From: Epiperipatus broadwayi
Taxonomy: Eukaryota; Animalia; Onychophora
NCBI GenBank assembly: GCA_028023455.1
Contig: JAQFVV010000004.1
Coordinates: forward strand, 25,296,001 to 25,360,000
Reading direction: 5' to 3'
Length of the DNA stretch: 64,000 bases
Of this stretch, positions 12,850-25,565 are shown in pieces (position 1 is the stretch's first letter; every line of letters starts with the position of its first letter). A program made the translations under genes and the position numbers. The notes beneath the pieces are model-generated. The model worked only from the letters and a program-made list of their open reading frames with translations. It made no database searches and was not told where the DNA came from.

Positions 12850-13534
12850 GCGGCACCCTCGAACTGGTCACCATAATTTTGGTAATCTTAGAAATTTTGC
12901 AGACAGAATGTCAATTTGTAGTGACACATTATCAATGTTTGCTTTTTAAAATGATAGGAAAGAAAATGATGATTAGACCTAATTGGAAATAAAAGAAAAC
13001 AAAAAAAAAATTTTTTTTTTTTAAAGTAACTCTGTAATTTTATAAAAAAATTTAATTAAAAACTTTATTGTGGAGTTGATAACTTTTATGAAACTTTTTC
13101 TTTTTCTTAAAATTAATCCTAACAAAATCTTTTTTATTTATTTTTGTACAGAAATATCTGTTTGATATGAATTCAAGGATCTCACATGTCCACCACTGAA
13201 ATACAACCCATTATTTACTAAGGGTTTAGAATTAAAATGCTGTTAATTATTATCGTTAAATATTACTCATAACTAATATATATAAAATACTATTCTTAAT
13301 AAACTCTCCATATTATTTAGATTTTTTTGGTCTTAAATATATATCTGAGATAAAATTTATTTAGTTTTAAAATGTTTAATTATTTAGAACTTTTAGCAAA
13401 GAAAATTAAAAAATATCATTGTGACTAGAATTTTATTCATCACTTCTCATCTTTATTCATACTTGCAAGGTGTTTAATTTTAATGTAAGTGTAATAATAA
13501 CATATGTTATCTTAAAACATAGATCACAATTATT

Positions 13535-13850
13535 TTGGCAGGATGGCTTGGTTAGAATGTTATCTTAAAATTCACTATTCAAGAATTAAAGGATCCAGGC
13601 TTGATTCCCAAGCTAGTACTGTCCCTGGTCAGGCCAACAACACTTGAAGAAGAGAGGAGAATAATACCTCTCAAAACATTGTGCATATATTTAGCTGTGT
13701 ACTATTGTTAACAGTTGAATGTATTTGGAATATTTAAATAAAATTAAATTTTTCTAAAGATATTCAATATTTAATATTAAATGATGGAAATAGTCCAATA
13801 TGTAAATACAACTAAAATACCATCATCACAAACCTTTAGGAAAACATTTC
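13535..13850 (+). repeat. 5' terminal repeat (pLTR) of Penelope-like element A, with tRNA-like head and hammerhead motif
   Basis: Homologous to 16755-17010 and to about 58000-58220 (minus). A-box-like GGATGGCTTGGTTAGA at 13541 and B-box-like GGCTTGATTCCC at 13598. Confidence 0.6.
13643..13677 (+). ncRNA. Degenerate minimal hammerhead ribozyme motif
   Basis: (C)TTGAAGA core, stem II GAGAGG/CCTCTC, then AAAAC (GAAAC after CpG decay). Confidence 0.5.
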
Positions 13851-14439
13851 TTATAGATATTTGTTTTTTTATATGTCTCTACATTCAGCTCTTGAAATGT
13901 GATGTAGTTACAAACTTGGTCAAAACTCTTGAATATTTTCTTTAATCAAAACTAATGGGCCAATGATATATAAAAAAAACATCTCTACAACAATATGAAT
14001 AAACAGGAATAAATTGGTGAGGAATTTATAAAGCAAATATTTAGTTTATAATTATTGTTTTTTTTTTTTTTGTCAAATATATGATGGTACTTCCCCAGTA
14101 CTCAATTATAAATGCTATTATTTTATAGAAAGATTATTTATTTCAATAATACAATTTTCTTCTACTTTGTATTATATAAATTTTATACTTAGTCCCTAAA
14201 ATAAGAATGTAGCCCCATATTAAAATTCTGTTAGAACTAAAAGTTTTATATATGAAGAAAGCATGGAATTATTCACATAAACATAAACCCATAGGTCCTC
14301 AGATTAATATTTAGAAATAACAAAATAATAACTGATAATCATATTATTAATTTAAAATGTTTCCAATTTTGTGATAGGATGCTTAATTATTCCAAAAATA
14401 ATATGAAAATTAGAATACTCTTTTTTTTTTGACATTCTG

Positions 14440-16680
14440 CAAACTATAAGAGAAAATATGTAATAATGTTTTTCTGAAGATTTGCCAAAGTAGAAAATCA
14501 TTTAACTTTCTCATGTAAATGTAAATCTGAAGGAATACTACTAATTCATTCCCAGAGAGCTGAGAAAATTAGAGAACAAGTGAAGCTCTGTTAAGAGAAA
14601 GAATAGATGTTGAAAGGATTTCCGAGTATCAAATCTTGCATTCCATTAATAATGTAGAATGTTTTCTAAAAAATAAACTTAATAATGAAGACTTCACAAG
14701 AGTTTCTCAAGCAATAAAAAAATCATATTCTACATTACATGGAAAAGTAAAAGAATGTAAAAAAACAACAACTTGTGAATCTACATGAGCATAGTAAAAG
14801 TTACAATATATCAAACAGTGTATCAGCTCCATCTGTTAAAAATCTCAGTTTTAAACATATAACAGATGCTGAAAATTCTGATCTCAAAAAAGGATTAAAC
14901 TTTTCCATTATACCATTTAATGTTTCTTTATTAGATAAATTTAATGGCACCCACTGAGGAAGTCACTCAAAAATTGCCTTTAGAAGACGCAACAGAATTA
15001 TGCTAGAGAATAAAAGTAACTCTTGAGAAGCAACAAAGATTAAAGACAAACATATCATATGATGAGAGGAAAGTGATTAAATCTTTCAAAGTTATTTATA
15101 AACATTCTTCCTGCTGACAAAGGCAATAATGGATGCAATTGATTATGATAACAAAATACAAGAACTCCTCAGAAAAAGTTATAGAAATGTAGCAAAAAAT
15201 CTGATACTGAGTACAGAAACAAAGTTATAAGCATTACTCAGAAAGCATCACAATTACTTTAGTAATTTATAAAAAAGTAGATTAACATCATATTTCAGCA
15301 AAATTCTTCATCTTTATGGTTTACCTAAAATCCATAAGTTATCATGTTCCATTAAGACCCATTGTTAGTTCTAAAAATTGACCTAGCCAAAATTTAAGAT
15401 TTCTTCTCAAAGTTCTTAGTACTTTGGGCTTGTCACAGATTCTAGACAATTTTCAGAATTAATCAATCACCTGAAAATTGAAAAGAACTAACATACTAGG
15501 AAGCTTTGATGTGAAATGTTTATACACAAATGAACCATATGAAGAAGCATTGTCTATTGTAAGAAAAAGATTAAATAGTAATAATAGCTTATAAACCAGG
15601 ACAACTCTTCCTTTTGATAATATAATGGGACTATTAACATTTTGCATAACAACTATCTATTTTTACTAAAACACAGAATTCTTCCAACAAATGGATATGG
15701 TCTCATCATTGTCACACCTGATTAGTAATATTTACATGAATAAATTTGAAACTATAGACATAAAGACTACTTCATATCCATCTAAAGCTTGGCATCACTA
15801 TGTTGATGATACATTTGTTGTATATCTCCATAGTCGAGCACTACTATAAACATTCTGGAAACATATAAACAACATATCCACTTCAAGTAAATTCACAATA
15901 CAGTCAAAACAAGAAAAAAAAAATTGGCATTTTAATGTTCTTGTGACAAGACTCCCTCATCAAAAAATCAAAACTATAGTTTACAACAAACCTACACATA
16001 CAAGAAAATACTTAGCATATATATCCAATCACACTAGAAACATAAAACATGGAATTATATGATTACTATGGAACAGAGCAAAAGTAGTTTGTTCGGAAAC
16101 TAGTGATTTGGAAAAAAATGATATGTTTAGTACAAACTCTTGTGAAAAATGTTTATCCATCAGCTATTATTAAAAAAAACTTTAAATAGGTAACCAAAAG
16201 AACCATAAAAATAAAAAAAAACAATTATTGATTTTGTAGTGTATATCAAACAAATTAAGAAAAAATCTGCAATCAGTATAACGTCAGAACAGCTTGTCAG
16301 AGCCATACCACATTATGAGGAATTCTACCATCCACATGGCCTAAACTTGAAATGCTAAAAAGCAAAAACTACATTTATGAAATATCATGTGAATGTGAAA
16401 GAATGCATACTGGTGGGACCAGTTGCTCCATTGAAAAGTGATTACAAAAGTATAAACTTATGATTAGAAAAAAATATAACAGATGTTGTCTAAGATAGCA
16501 GACCATGTTTGTCCCAATGAACATATATATTCAGATGGGAAAATCCCAAACTATTGAATAGAAAGAAAAAGGTACAAAGAAGAAAATTAAAATAAGCTGC
16601 TCACTTGATAATAATGAATAACCCTATAAGTCAAACTAGTGTGACTATACTTAATGTATGGAAACCACTAATCAACTTTG
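14440..16680 (+). mobile_element. Penelope-like retroelement A, degraded full ORF (N-terminal domain, RT, GIY-YIG)
   Basis: KVENHLTF; LYGLPKIHK...RPIVSS; SFDVKCLYTN; YVDD at 15799-15810; KPTHT; IYEISCEC. Many stops and frameshifts. Confidence 0.88.
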
Positions 16681-16754
16681 TTCTTAGGGAAAGTGAAAAA
16701 TCAAGAGTAACCACATAGATAATTATATGAAATTCCTACTGACTGCTGCCTTTT

Positions 16755-17010
16755 GCAAAATAGCTCTATTGATTAGAGCAATACCATAAAGTTTAATATT
16801 CAAGAATCAAAGAGCCCAAGTTCAATTCCCATGCCAGTACTGTCACTGGTAATGCTAGCAATACTTAAAGAAAATGGAGGATAATACCTATCAAAATGTT
16901 CTGCACCTCCTAATCTGTGTGCTATTACTAATAGTTGAGTATAATTGGAAAATTTAAATAGAGTTAAATTTTTCTAAAGACATTTGATACTTAATAAATG
17001 ATAGAAATAT
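16755..17010 (+). repeat. 3' terminal repeat (pLTR) of PLE A with tRNA-like head
   Basis: ATAGCTCTATTGATTAGAGCA (A box) ... AAGTTCAATTCCCC (B box), then CAGTACTGTCACTGG, a decayed HHR and the AT-rich body shared with 13535-13850. Confidence 0.6.
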
Positions 17011-18199
17011 TAGAATGCATCCATTGCATTTTAACTTTCATCAATACTTTCTTGGAAGTACAAATAAATATGTTTGTAATTTGTTATTTATACTAAGTTT
17101 ATTATATATGTGTATTGGTTAATCAAAAATATATTTTAATTTGAATAATCAAACTTAAACATTTTTTTAAATAAACAAAAAATTAATGAATAATAAATTT
17201 ATCAGTTTACAAAAATTATCAACAGAACAATAAAAAAATTATTACAATAAAAGTTTATATGAAGTTTTACTAGCAAAATATAAAAAGACATAGAATCAAA
17301 TTTTTTTAAACATTTCTTTTTAATTTTTCTGCATTTATAAAGTGCATCTTATTTTTTTATTTATTCATCTTATAGCCCTATAATTGTATCCTGCTGTCAC
17401 CAAGGCTTTTGATGTGATCCATGTCAATGTTTCAATAAACATTTAATTTACTACTGAGATAATTTATTAGATCTTACATTTTAAATTATTTCATTCTTGT
17501 AGCTAAATGTATTGTAGGATATAATCAATGAAGCAAAGATATCCTTCTTTCTACTATAATTCTATCAACAATTAAAAGTCATAACTCTTCCCTGTATGCA
17601 TTATAAAAAAGAACAAAAAAGAAATTAGTGATGATTATAATAAAAAACTAACATCTGGAAAACAACGTTCATTTTAATTTAGAATAGATTTTTTTTATAT
17701 AAGTAAAATAGTATTAATAAATTTTATACAATAATATATTTTTTTAGATTCCTCTAAAATATAATATTAATATGACTTTCCAATGAAAGTACCATTTTTT
17801 TAATTCTATAGATTTTCTAAATATTATTACTATTTTTATTATTATCATTATAAAACAGATAAATGTTTGATATACCATAGATGTTTGTTTTGCTTTTTCT
17901 CATAAATTCACACATACATTTTTTAATTCTTTCATAAGTGTATGTTTTTTAATTGTTATAATAAAGATTAATAGTTAATTGGTTAGTTAATTACATTCAT
18001 TTTCACTCCACCATTCATTTATAAACATATGAATAAAGATATTTTTTAAAAAACAAAACAAATAATACCAAAATGTATTTCATGCTAGGCCCCTGTCAAA
18101 ATCTTTTATACATCACCACATCATTTCTTCAGTATTTATCATTTATAAAACTTTCTGCTTGCATAGTCTTGATACTACTTGGCTTCAAATAAATATTTA

Positions 18200-19020
18200 T
18201 CAATACTTATTAATAATCATTTATTAAGCTAAAGATGATCATATAATTTTTAACTTAGATATAAACTTTAAAGCCAATTAAAGATTAATTTATCTGTTTT
18301 TAATTAAATACAAACAAATATAACATTTTAACTTTATATTTTTTCCACATGTGTAACATCTTTTTAAATATACTTCATACTATCACTGCACCATGCTTTT
18401 GAAACATAACTAATAACCTCTTCAAACAATAACTGATCCTCAAAATGCATTTTATGCTGAATCAGTATGATGTTGGATTAATTATTCTATGTATTTATGT
18501 TTAATTAAAAAGATATTAATCTTTGATTGGATTTAGTGTATAACTGGGTTAAAAGTAATATCATAATATTTAGCATAATAAATAAGTATTAATAATAATT
18601 AATATAATTGTTTGAAGCATGTGATTTCAAAGTTGTGAGGTGTTGAATGATTGACATTTGTAAATCAAATTGTAATAATTTTATATTGATAAATATTGAA
18701 AAAATGATAAAAGTCATGTATAATGAATTGGGACATGAGCCACTTAAAGAGTTCTAGTTTAGTATGAAATGCATTTTGAGAGTCATTTGTCTTTTTGAGA
18801 TTACTATACATATGCTTCAAAATAAGTGGTGGATGCAGTAATTTTAACAAAAATAATAATACTACAAGTGGAAAAAGAGAGATAAAGTTAGATTAATTAT
18901 ACCATGTATTTATGATTAATATAAAAAGACATATTAATGTTTAATTGGGTTTAAAGATTATGTATGGTTTAGAAATGATATATTCTTTAACTTAATAAAA
19001 GATTTTAACAAGTAGGTGAT
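18200..19020. repeat. Old inverted repeat (arms about 18200-18455 and 18765-19020) with an extra partial direct copy at about 18470-18600
   Basis: AAAATGCATTT/AAATGCATTTT and TTTAAAGCCAATTAAAGATTAAT/ATTAATGTTTAATTGGGTTTAAA are among the blocks that align as reverse complements (about 70% by eye). Confidence 0.5.
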
Positions 19021-19106
19021 GTCAAAATTGTAAATGCTTTAAGTAAGTTGAAATAATTAGTTAATATATAACTACATTGAATGTCATAAATTGATTGTGT
19101 ATATAT

Positions 19107-22087
19107 TGTACCGGTCAGTTCATGTGACCATACAACCAGATCTAGAATTTAAGAACAAGTACCTTGAGTCCAATCATACATGAGATACACATGTCAGGAA
19201 CACTCATGAACTCTGCCCTGTATGCCCAGTCTTTAGATCTAACAACTTATGAGCAGCAACTCTGATTATACATGATTATTTTATATTATTTCCAGCCAGC
19301 ATCGCACAGCAGAGAAACAAGCAGACTCTATGGAAAATCATGATAAGTGCATCTATACATATGGTGAAGACAGATATATATATATATTCATAATTAGTGG
19401 GATTTTATGATTTTAGCATCATCATGACATTAACAATTCTATAATTATTTATGAAACTTAACTAAATAAATTCAATAAAGAAATGCAATGGTCAAAACAG
19501 ATTTAGTTTTATATAATATTTAATAAACATAATTATAAAATTGCAATTTTATACAAGAATTAGCCTCATATTACAAGATTGTCATTCTGTGCTTAGTTAA
19601 CACTTTGACATGGATATTTACATATAAGTTTATATAACATTAGTATTGATGTGGTTTAATGATACGTCAATACTTATACTAGCATTACAATATAACAGGT
19701 AATTTTAATAATTCACTTTTGATATAAGATGGAGCACATCCTTAATCATGTTCAGAAGAATTTATGTATATATTGGTTAAATAACTTTTTAAGTTGATCA
19801 TTAATTTATTATATATGTGAAATATACAAAATGAAGATTTATTTTATGGAATACATATGTGGGAGCATTTATAAGTAACAATATATAATGTCAAAAAGCG
19901 ACATATTAAAAGGGAAATTTAATTAAACTAAATTTAGCTAGATCATAACATCATATATTATAGATATTTATAGGCATAAGATTTTAAAATAGGAATATAA
20001 TACAAGTGAGAACCATGGTGCTAACGTAAAAGATCAATATGATGGATCATCCCTAGGAGTTGAGCACTTTATCATTTGGAATAAGAGAATGCTGACTTAC
20101 CACACCCATATTTTCATGGAATCAGCTTCTTGGAATTGAGGGTCTCAGATGAAGTTGGGATGGGATGGTTTTTCTGGAATTATCCCACGTAGAGCTCTCG
20201 TTGCATGAGTATATGGTCCAGAGTCATTTATTGCCCTGATTACAACCTAAAAATGAAGAAATGATGGCCCAGACTTTCCAGCACACATCTTATGACAAAG
20301 CTTTATTAATGAAAAAGAAAAAAACCCTATGTTAGCAATGCTTAAGGGAATGAATAATTATTCAGACATTTGCAATTGAACTTATTACCTATAATAATTA
20401 ATATCAAATGTCATGGTATGATCAGATTACTAAATATAGTTTAGAACACATTATAGAATTATATCTAAACTTAACACAAACTAATGTTCTACCCCCCTCC
20501 CTTTCATTTTACACTTTACTAAAACCTTCACATATGTTTAATATAGATATGTGTAGAGTCTATGGTGTGCTACGATTAACAAAGTATACATATATAAGTT
20601 TGAGTAGGTGATGATCAAAAAACATAGAAAAACATATATATAATTTATATAATATTTGTTTTAAAATCAATATTGCGCTAGTAAATAATTAGAAATAGAT
20701 TAAGATTGTATAAATGGTAAACTAATCAAAGGTGGAACTTTATCTCCCCTCCCTCTGTTGTTTATGAAAAATATATAATGAATAAAAAAAAACACATTTT
20801 AAAAATCTTCTCCCAACCTAGCAATCATTTGCAGTTTTAAAGTTAAAAACAAAATAATTAGTCAATTGGCACTCCCCTCTAATGATGAGGAGCTAAGCTA
20901 AAATAATTATACTTGCAAGGGTGTGATTTTATTGGCATATCATAGGATTTGAAATAAATATATTAGACATGAAATATTGAGAAAATAGTTGCCGCATCAA
21001 ATTAAATTTAAATTAAATTATGAGGCTAATATAAAGTATTTGTAAAGTGATATAGTCACTAACATTAAAAGATTACATATTATTTAAGAGATTAACAGCA
21101 GATTATATAAACTTCATAAGACAATTATTAGATTCTGAACTATATTTGATAATTATTGAAGAAAAAGGTTAGAGTCTATGAGGACAGCATTTCAACAGTT
21201 TTATCTTCAATCTTTGTGAAGTCCAGATTTTGCCGTAGCTTATTTCAAGTATAAATGTTCTTCCAATCATGTTTGGAAGCAGGTAGTTAGGTTTCCTGAA
21301 CATCATATCAGTTTATGGATATTTAATGGTAGAGCAGGATACTGGCAGGAGTTGGTTCAGAAACAGTCAGGAAAAGGTGCATTTTTCCCTATTACTCAGC
21401 AGCTGACATATTAAAATTTTGAGTGACGTAGATTCATTTAGCCAAAGCTTCACTAATTTAGATATTGAACCTTCTTGACTAAATTTCAGCTCTTTTTATG
21501 TGATTCCTGATAGTCTTAGGAATGCTTTTATGCTCCATAACCCAGGGCAATGAATAATGTTGATAAAGATGGTTTTTACATGAGGAATTCACCTTTTGTT
21601 CTGAAGGTAGTACAAAACAATGCAATTGGGTTGATAAGTTTCTAAATGATTGTTCCAAAATCTATCAAAACGATAAATTTTTGTTAATGGAAATTTGCTT
21701 GATTTAATAATTCATTTATTAATTTATAATACCAATGGGTTTTAGTTAAATATTTGGAATGTTTCTAGAACCTTTCAAGCCGATTGCATCGTCCTGACCA
21801 CCATAATACATGAATACAATTATTAGTTTATATACAATCCTCCATCACCTATTATATATACAGGTCCTTTATGCATATATACAACCTTTAAATTATATAA
21901 AATATTATTTATTATTCAGTTAAGATATTATTAACTATCTTATTCATAGCTATTTTTAAAAAGAAATACAACAACTTAGATTATATGGGAGTGTATATGA
22001 ACACAGGGATTGAATTTGAATTTGGTTTGGTGGTAGGAGATTGGATAGGACTGTGAAGTGCAATCTGAATCTCAGATTGGCCACTCA
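19107..22087 (+). mobile_element. About 3.0-kb solo-LTR-like insertion (copy B)
   Basis: Termini TGTACCGGTCA...CCACTCA with a 4-bp TSD ATAT (19103-19106, 22088-22091). Collinear with 3151-6303. Confidence 0.72.
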
Positions 22088-22469
22088 ATATTAAGCAATA
22101 TATATGTGCTTCACATATATAATTTTAAAAAATTCGTTAGGAATTTTTAGATTGAAGTTGTTCAATATTATTAGGCAATGTATATATAAAAGTATGTGCA
22201 TGGATAAAATATATATGCCATCATTAAATCTAAATCAATTTAAATAATTTAAAACAAAATATTTTATTAATTAACAGTTGTAAAAGTATTATGTAAATAT
22301 AATTAGATGAATGGAAATGACATTATGTTTATACAAATAATTAAATTCTAGATAAACAGATCAGCTACTTAGGAGATAAATATCATATGTTGTTTGGTCA
22401 AAATATTATTTTTTATTTTGATAAAATCTCTTTTCAAAGCTAATTTTGTAAGTTTGTAATTGGTCGGTA

Positions 22470-23050
22470 AGCCATAGACCACATTGAAGTTTAGGAGTAA
22501 TCTGCAACCAATGGATGGATCTTAATATCAAATTATGATGAAAACTGATAAGCAGATCAGTGAACTATTAATAGGGACCTCTCAAAAGATTGATTATTAT
22601 GCATATGCTCTGATTATTCATTCATACATTCTTTTTTGACCATCAGAAGCAGTGTTAAAATATAATGACAGAGAAGCATGTTGTCTGCTCCATTCTGGCC
22701 AAGTTGGCAGAGTGCAGGTTTAGTTCTATCATAAAGTAGATAAGTTGTCATAATGTACTGGACAACCATTCATTGGTTGTTGTGTCCCCATTATATGTAA
22801 ACTGTATACCACCTAATTTCAAGTGTCTATAGCTTTGTAAAAGACCACCTATTATTCAGCAAGAGAAAGGCTGCCAGATGCTGCTCATTGAAGAAAATAG
22901 AAATGTATATTAATGAAGACTATGTCAATCAGCAAGAACCATCTCAGAAGCTTTGCAGAATACCATCAAACAAAGTTATGTTATAACTATTGTGCCACAA
23001 AAAGTCTACAGATATCTGATTTCAGAACATAAACTATTTAAGATGAAAGG
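22470..23050 (+). mobile_element. Highly degraded LINE RT/3' region, possibly RTE-BovB-like
   Basis: Frameshifted fragments resemble DGS...ELL..DD.AL..HS and HLR..L.I....V. Weak. Confidence 0.3.
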
Positions 23051-24584
23051 AGTAATTTGTATGAACTTTGATTATATACTATTATGACTTTATTTCATTA
23101 TTATTAGATATTTATCTCCTAAATATGCATATTTCATATCCACTGAAATTTTGATATGATTTATTTTACATAAAAATATAAATATGTTTAGAAATCAGAA
23201 TGGTAATGATTTGCTTAATTTTATTAGATACTTCATGGTTCAGTTGGAGTAAACTGAAAAGATAACAAAACATCTAGTCAGTTATTGCAAATTCTTGCCA
23301 TTTGCTTAAAGTTTCTTTAGTATTATTTTATTAATTATTTAAGAGTAATAGTTAATCATGATCATTTCCACTAGCCTGCAATGTATTAAGAATTAGAATA
23401 ACAATTTAACCATTAATGTAAATAATGTGGATTAATGGCCTCTGAATAAAATAAAGGGTGGGATAGACAGATGAAATAAATTAAGATTGTTTTTTCATAG
23501 TTATAAAAGTTTACAGTTTTAAGCAACATACCCTCACAAATCTGGGATAGGCAGACATGGGAAAGGATATTTATATGCCTTAAATTTTCTTGAACTAATG
23601 TACTATTATTTTAGGCTGTTTTGTATATATAAAGTTTATATTGTCCAGAAATAAGTGTGAAGCAGATATTTTCCTGCTGCTTGCACTCAGCAACTTAGTT
23701 TGAGTAATATTTATTTAATAGATGCAGATCCTTACCATATATCACATTTCATACATTTGTTGATCATTCATAAATAAATGTAATGCAGATGTTATTCTTG
23801 ACACTTACACTTTTTATTATTATCAATATTTACCAGGTAGACATCAATTCCTACCAGTTAGTTTGTAAGTTTCAGTCACTAATGCCAGGTAGATGTGTGA
23901 TGCCTACCTGAGGATTTAGTGATATTTATTTGATTAGTATTAAAACTGACGTTAAAGAGTATCTGGCTCATGTGTATTCATTTTCCAAGCACTACAACCT
24001 GAAAAGATTTATGTTAGTCTTTATTTTTTTTTGTTTTTTTTAATAGGGTAGTTTATTAAAAAGTTTTTAGTGTATCTTAAAGCTTGTAAGAATGAATGTC
24101 TTTAAATTGGGTTATGATCTGTTATATTAATAGATATTCATAGTTAGTTAGTTTGTGCAGCAAATCTGTATATGTCTAGAGACAATGAAGATGCATAGAG
24201 TCATATATTATACATGCATAATAAAACAATAAATCAATAAGTGTTGTTATACTAAATTTAATTTTGGGTAAAAGACCTATAGTTTGATGTTTTCCAAGGA
24301 TTTCTGTCAATTGTGTCATTTGTTTTGTCAGTATGTATATGTGTAAATAAATTTGTAATTTCTCATTATTCTAGCATTTGTCATTTATTGCTATTACTAA
24401 TGGTAATTAAAATATAATAAGATTCTGTTGCATCTAATAGAGTCTAGCAGGTTATGAAAGGAAACAGTTTTTAATTGTGATGCCAGAATGTGGAGCTGAA
24501 TGAAAATTCCTTAGGCTATTTTCATGTTAACTTTGCATTTTTGACCATTAAGATATATATATATGAAAGCAGTCAACACTTAGA

Positions 24585-24951
24585 CAGGGGTCCCCAACCT
24601 TTTTGCACTTAAGAGCACATTCTATAATACTGGCCAGGTGGTGGGCACCATTTATTTTTTCAATGTAAATTTATAGTTGGATATTGTTAATAATAACACA
24701 ATGTACAAAAAAATATTTATTTCAAAAATAACATTTTAACATATAATTAATGTTTATATTTTTACACTGTAAAAGTATAGTATGCCCTACAATTTGATTA
24801 CAATATAATACAATAATTTATAAGAAATTTTAAAAATTAAATTTATTTGTATCAGATAAATAATTTTTTATCATGTTTGGATAATGGCGGGCACATATAA
24901 AATGGTCTGCAGGCGCCAGGGTGCCCACAGGCATAGGGTTGGGGACCCCTG
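24585..24951. mobile_element. hAT (Charlie-like) MITE, 367 bp
   Basis: Perfect 15-bp TIR CAGGGGTCCCCAACC / GGTTGGGGACCCCTG. Flanking direct repeat ACTTAGA(C) with a central TA. Confidence 0.92.
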
Positions 24952-25490
24952 ACTTAGACAATAGCAATTACCAATCAACAATCTTAATCAGTTGTCTACG
25001 TTTTGACTGCACTGCTTTCACGTTGAATACTTGTCTGGTCTTAAGCACTATTAGCTTATATATATAACACTAATTGATATAAAATGCACATAAAAAGAAT
25101 AATAATTTAATACATTCATTAACAAAATAAAACAAGAAAATTAAATCAATATATAAATTATTAGAATAAAATGCCAATTCTGAATAGAATTTTAAAAAAA
25201 AGACATTTCACAAATTTTAAAACATTCAGAACAATATAGCTCATTTCTTATGTCACTCTAATATCATTACCCAAGACTTCTTTTAAATGGTAAGATAAAG
25301 CCAATTTTTAAATTGGTATCAAGATTTATCTTAATACTTCTTAGCTTTATGCCAAAAATAATATTAACTTCAGAAAAAAAAAGCTCTAACATAATATTTT
25401 TCAATAGTATCTCTTCATGAATTAATATCAATCACAATCATAAAAGTTGTCAAATTATATATTTTTTCTTATAAAATTATAACTATTATT

Positions 25491-25565
25491 AAAACAGGCA
25501 AAACTCAGTGCAAGCCAGTTATGAGCAAGCATAAGGAGTGGTGATCATGTGATGTTTATTGGCTT
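25491..25565 (-). repeat. Head + foldback repeat, internally deleted copy
   Basis: The reverse-complement head (GGTGATCATGTGATGTTTA) is joined to arm fragments AAAACAGGCAAAACTC and TGCAAGCCAG. Confidence 0.65.

Noticed and set aside
13535-13615. Functional tRNA gene or stand-alone SINE
   Set aside because: No cloverleaf or anticodon arm can be formed, and the copies sit at PLE termini, so it was treated as part of the pLTR.
14440-16680. In-frame TGA as selenocysteine recoding in PLE ORFs
   Set aside because: TAA/TAG stops and frameshifts are equally common, which indicates ordinary decay.
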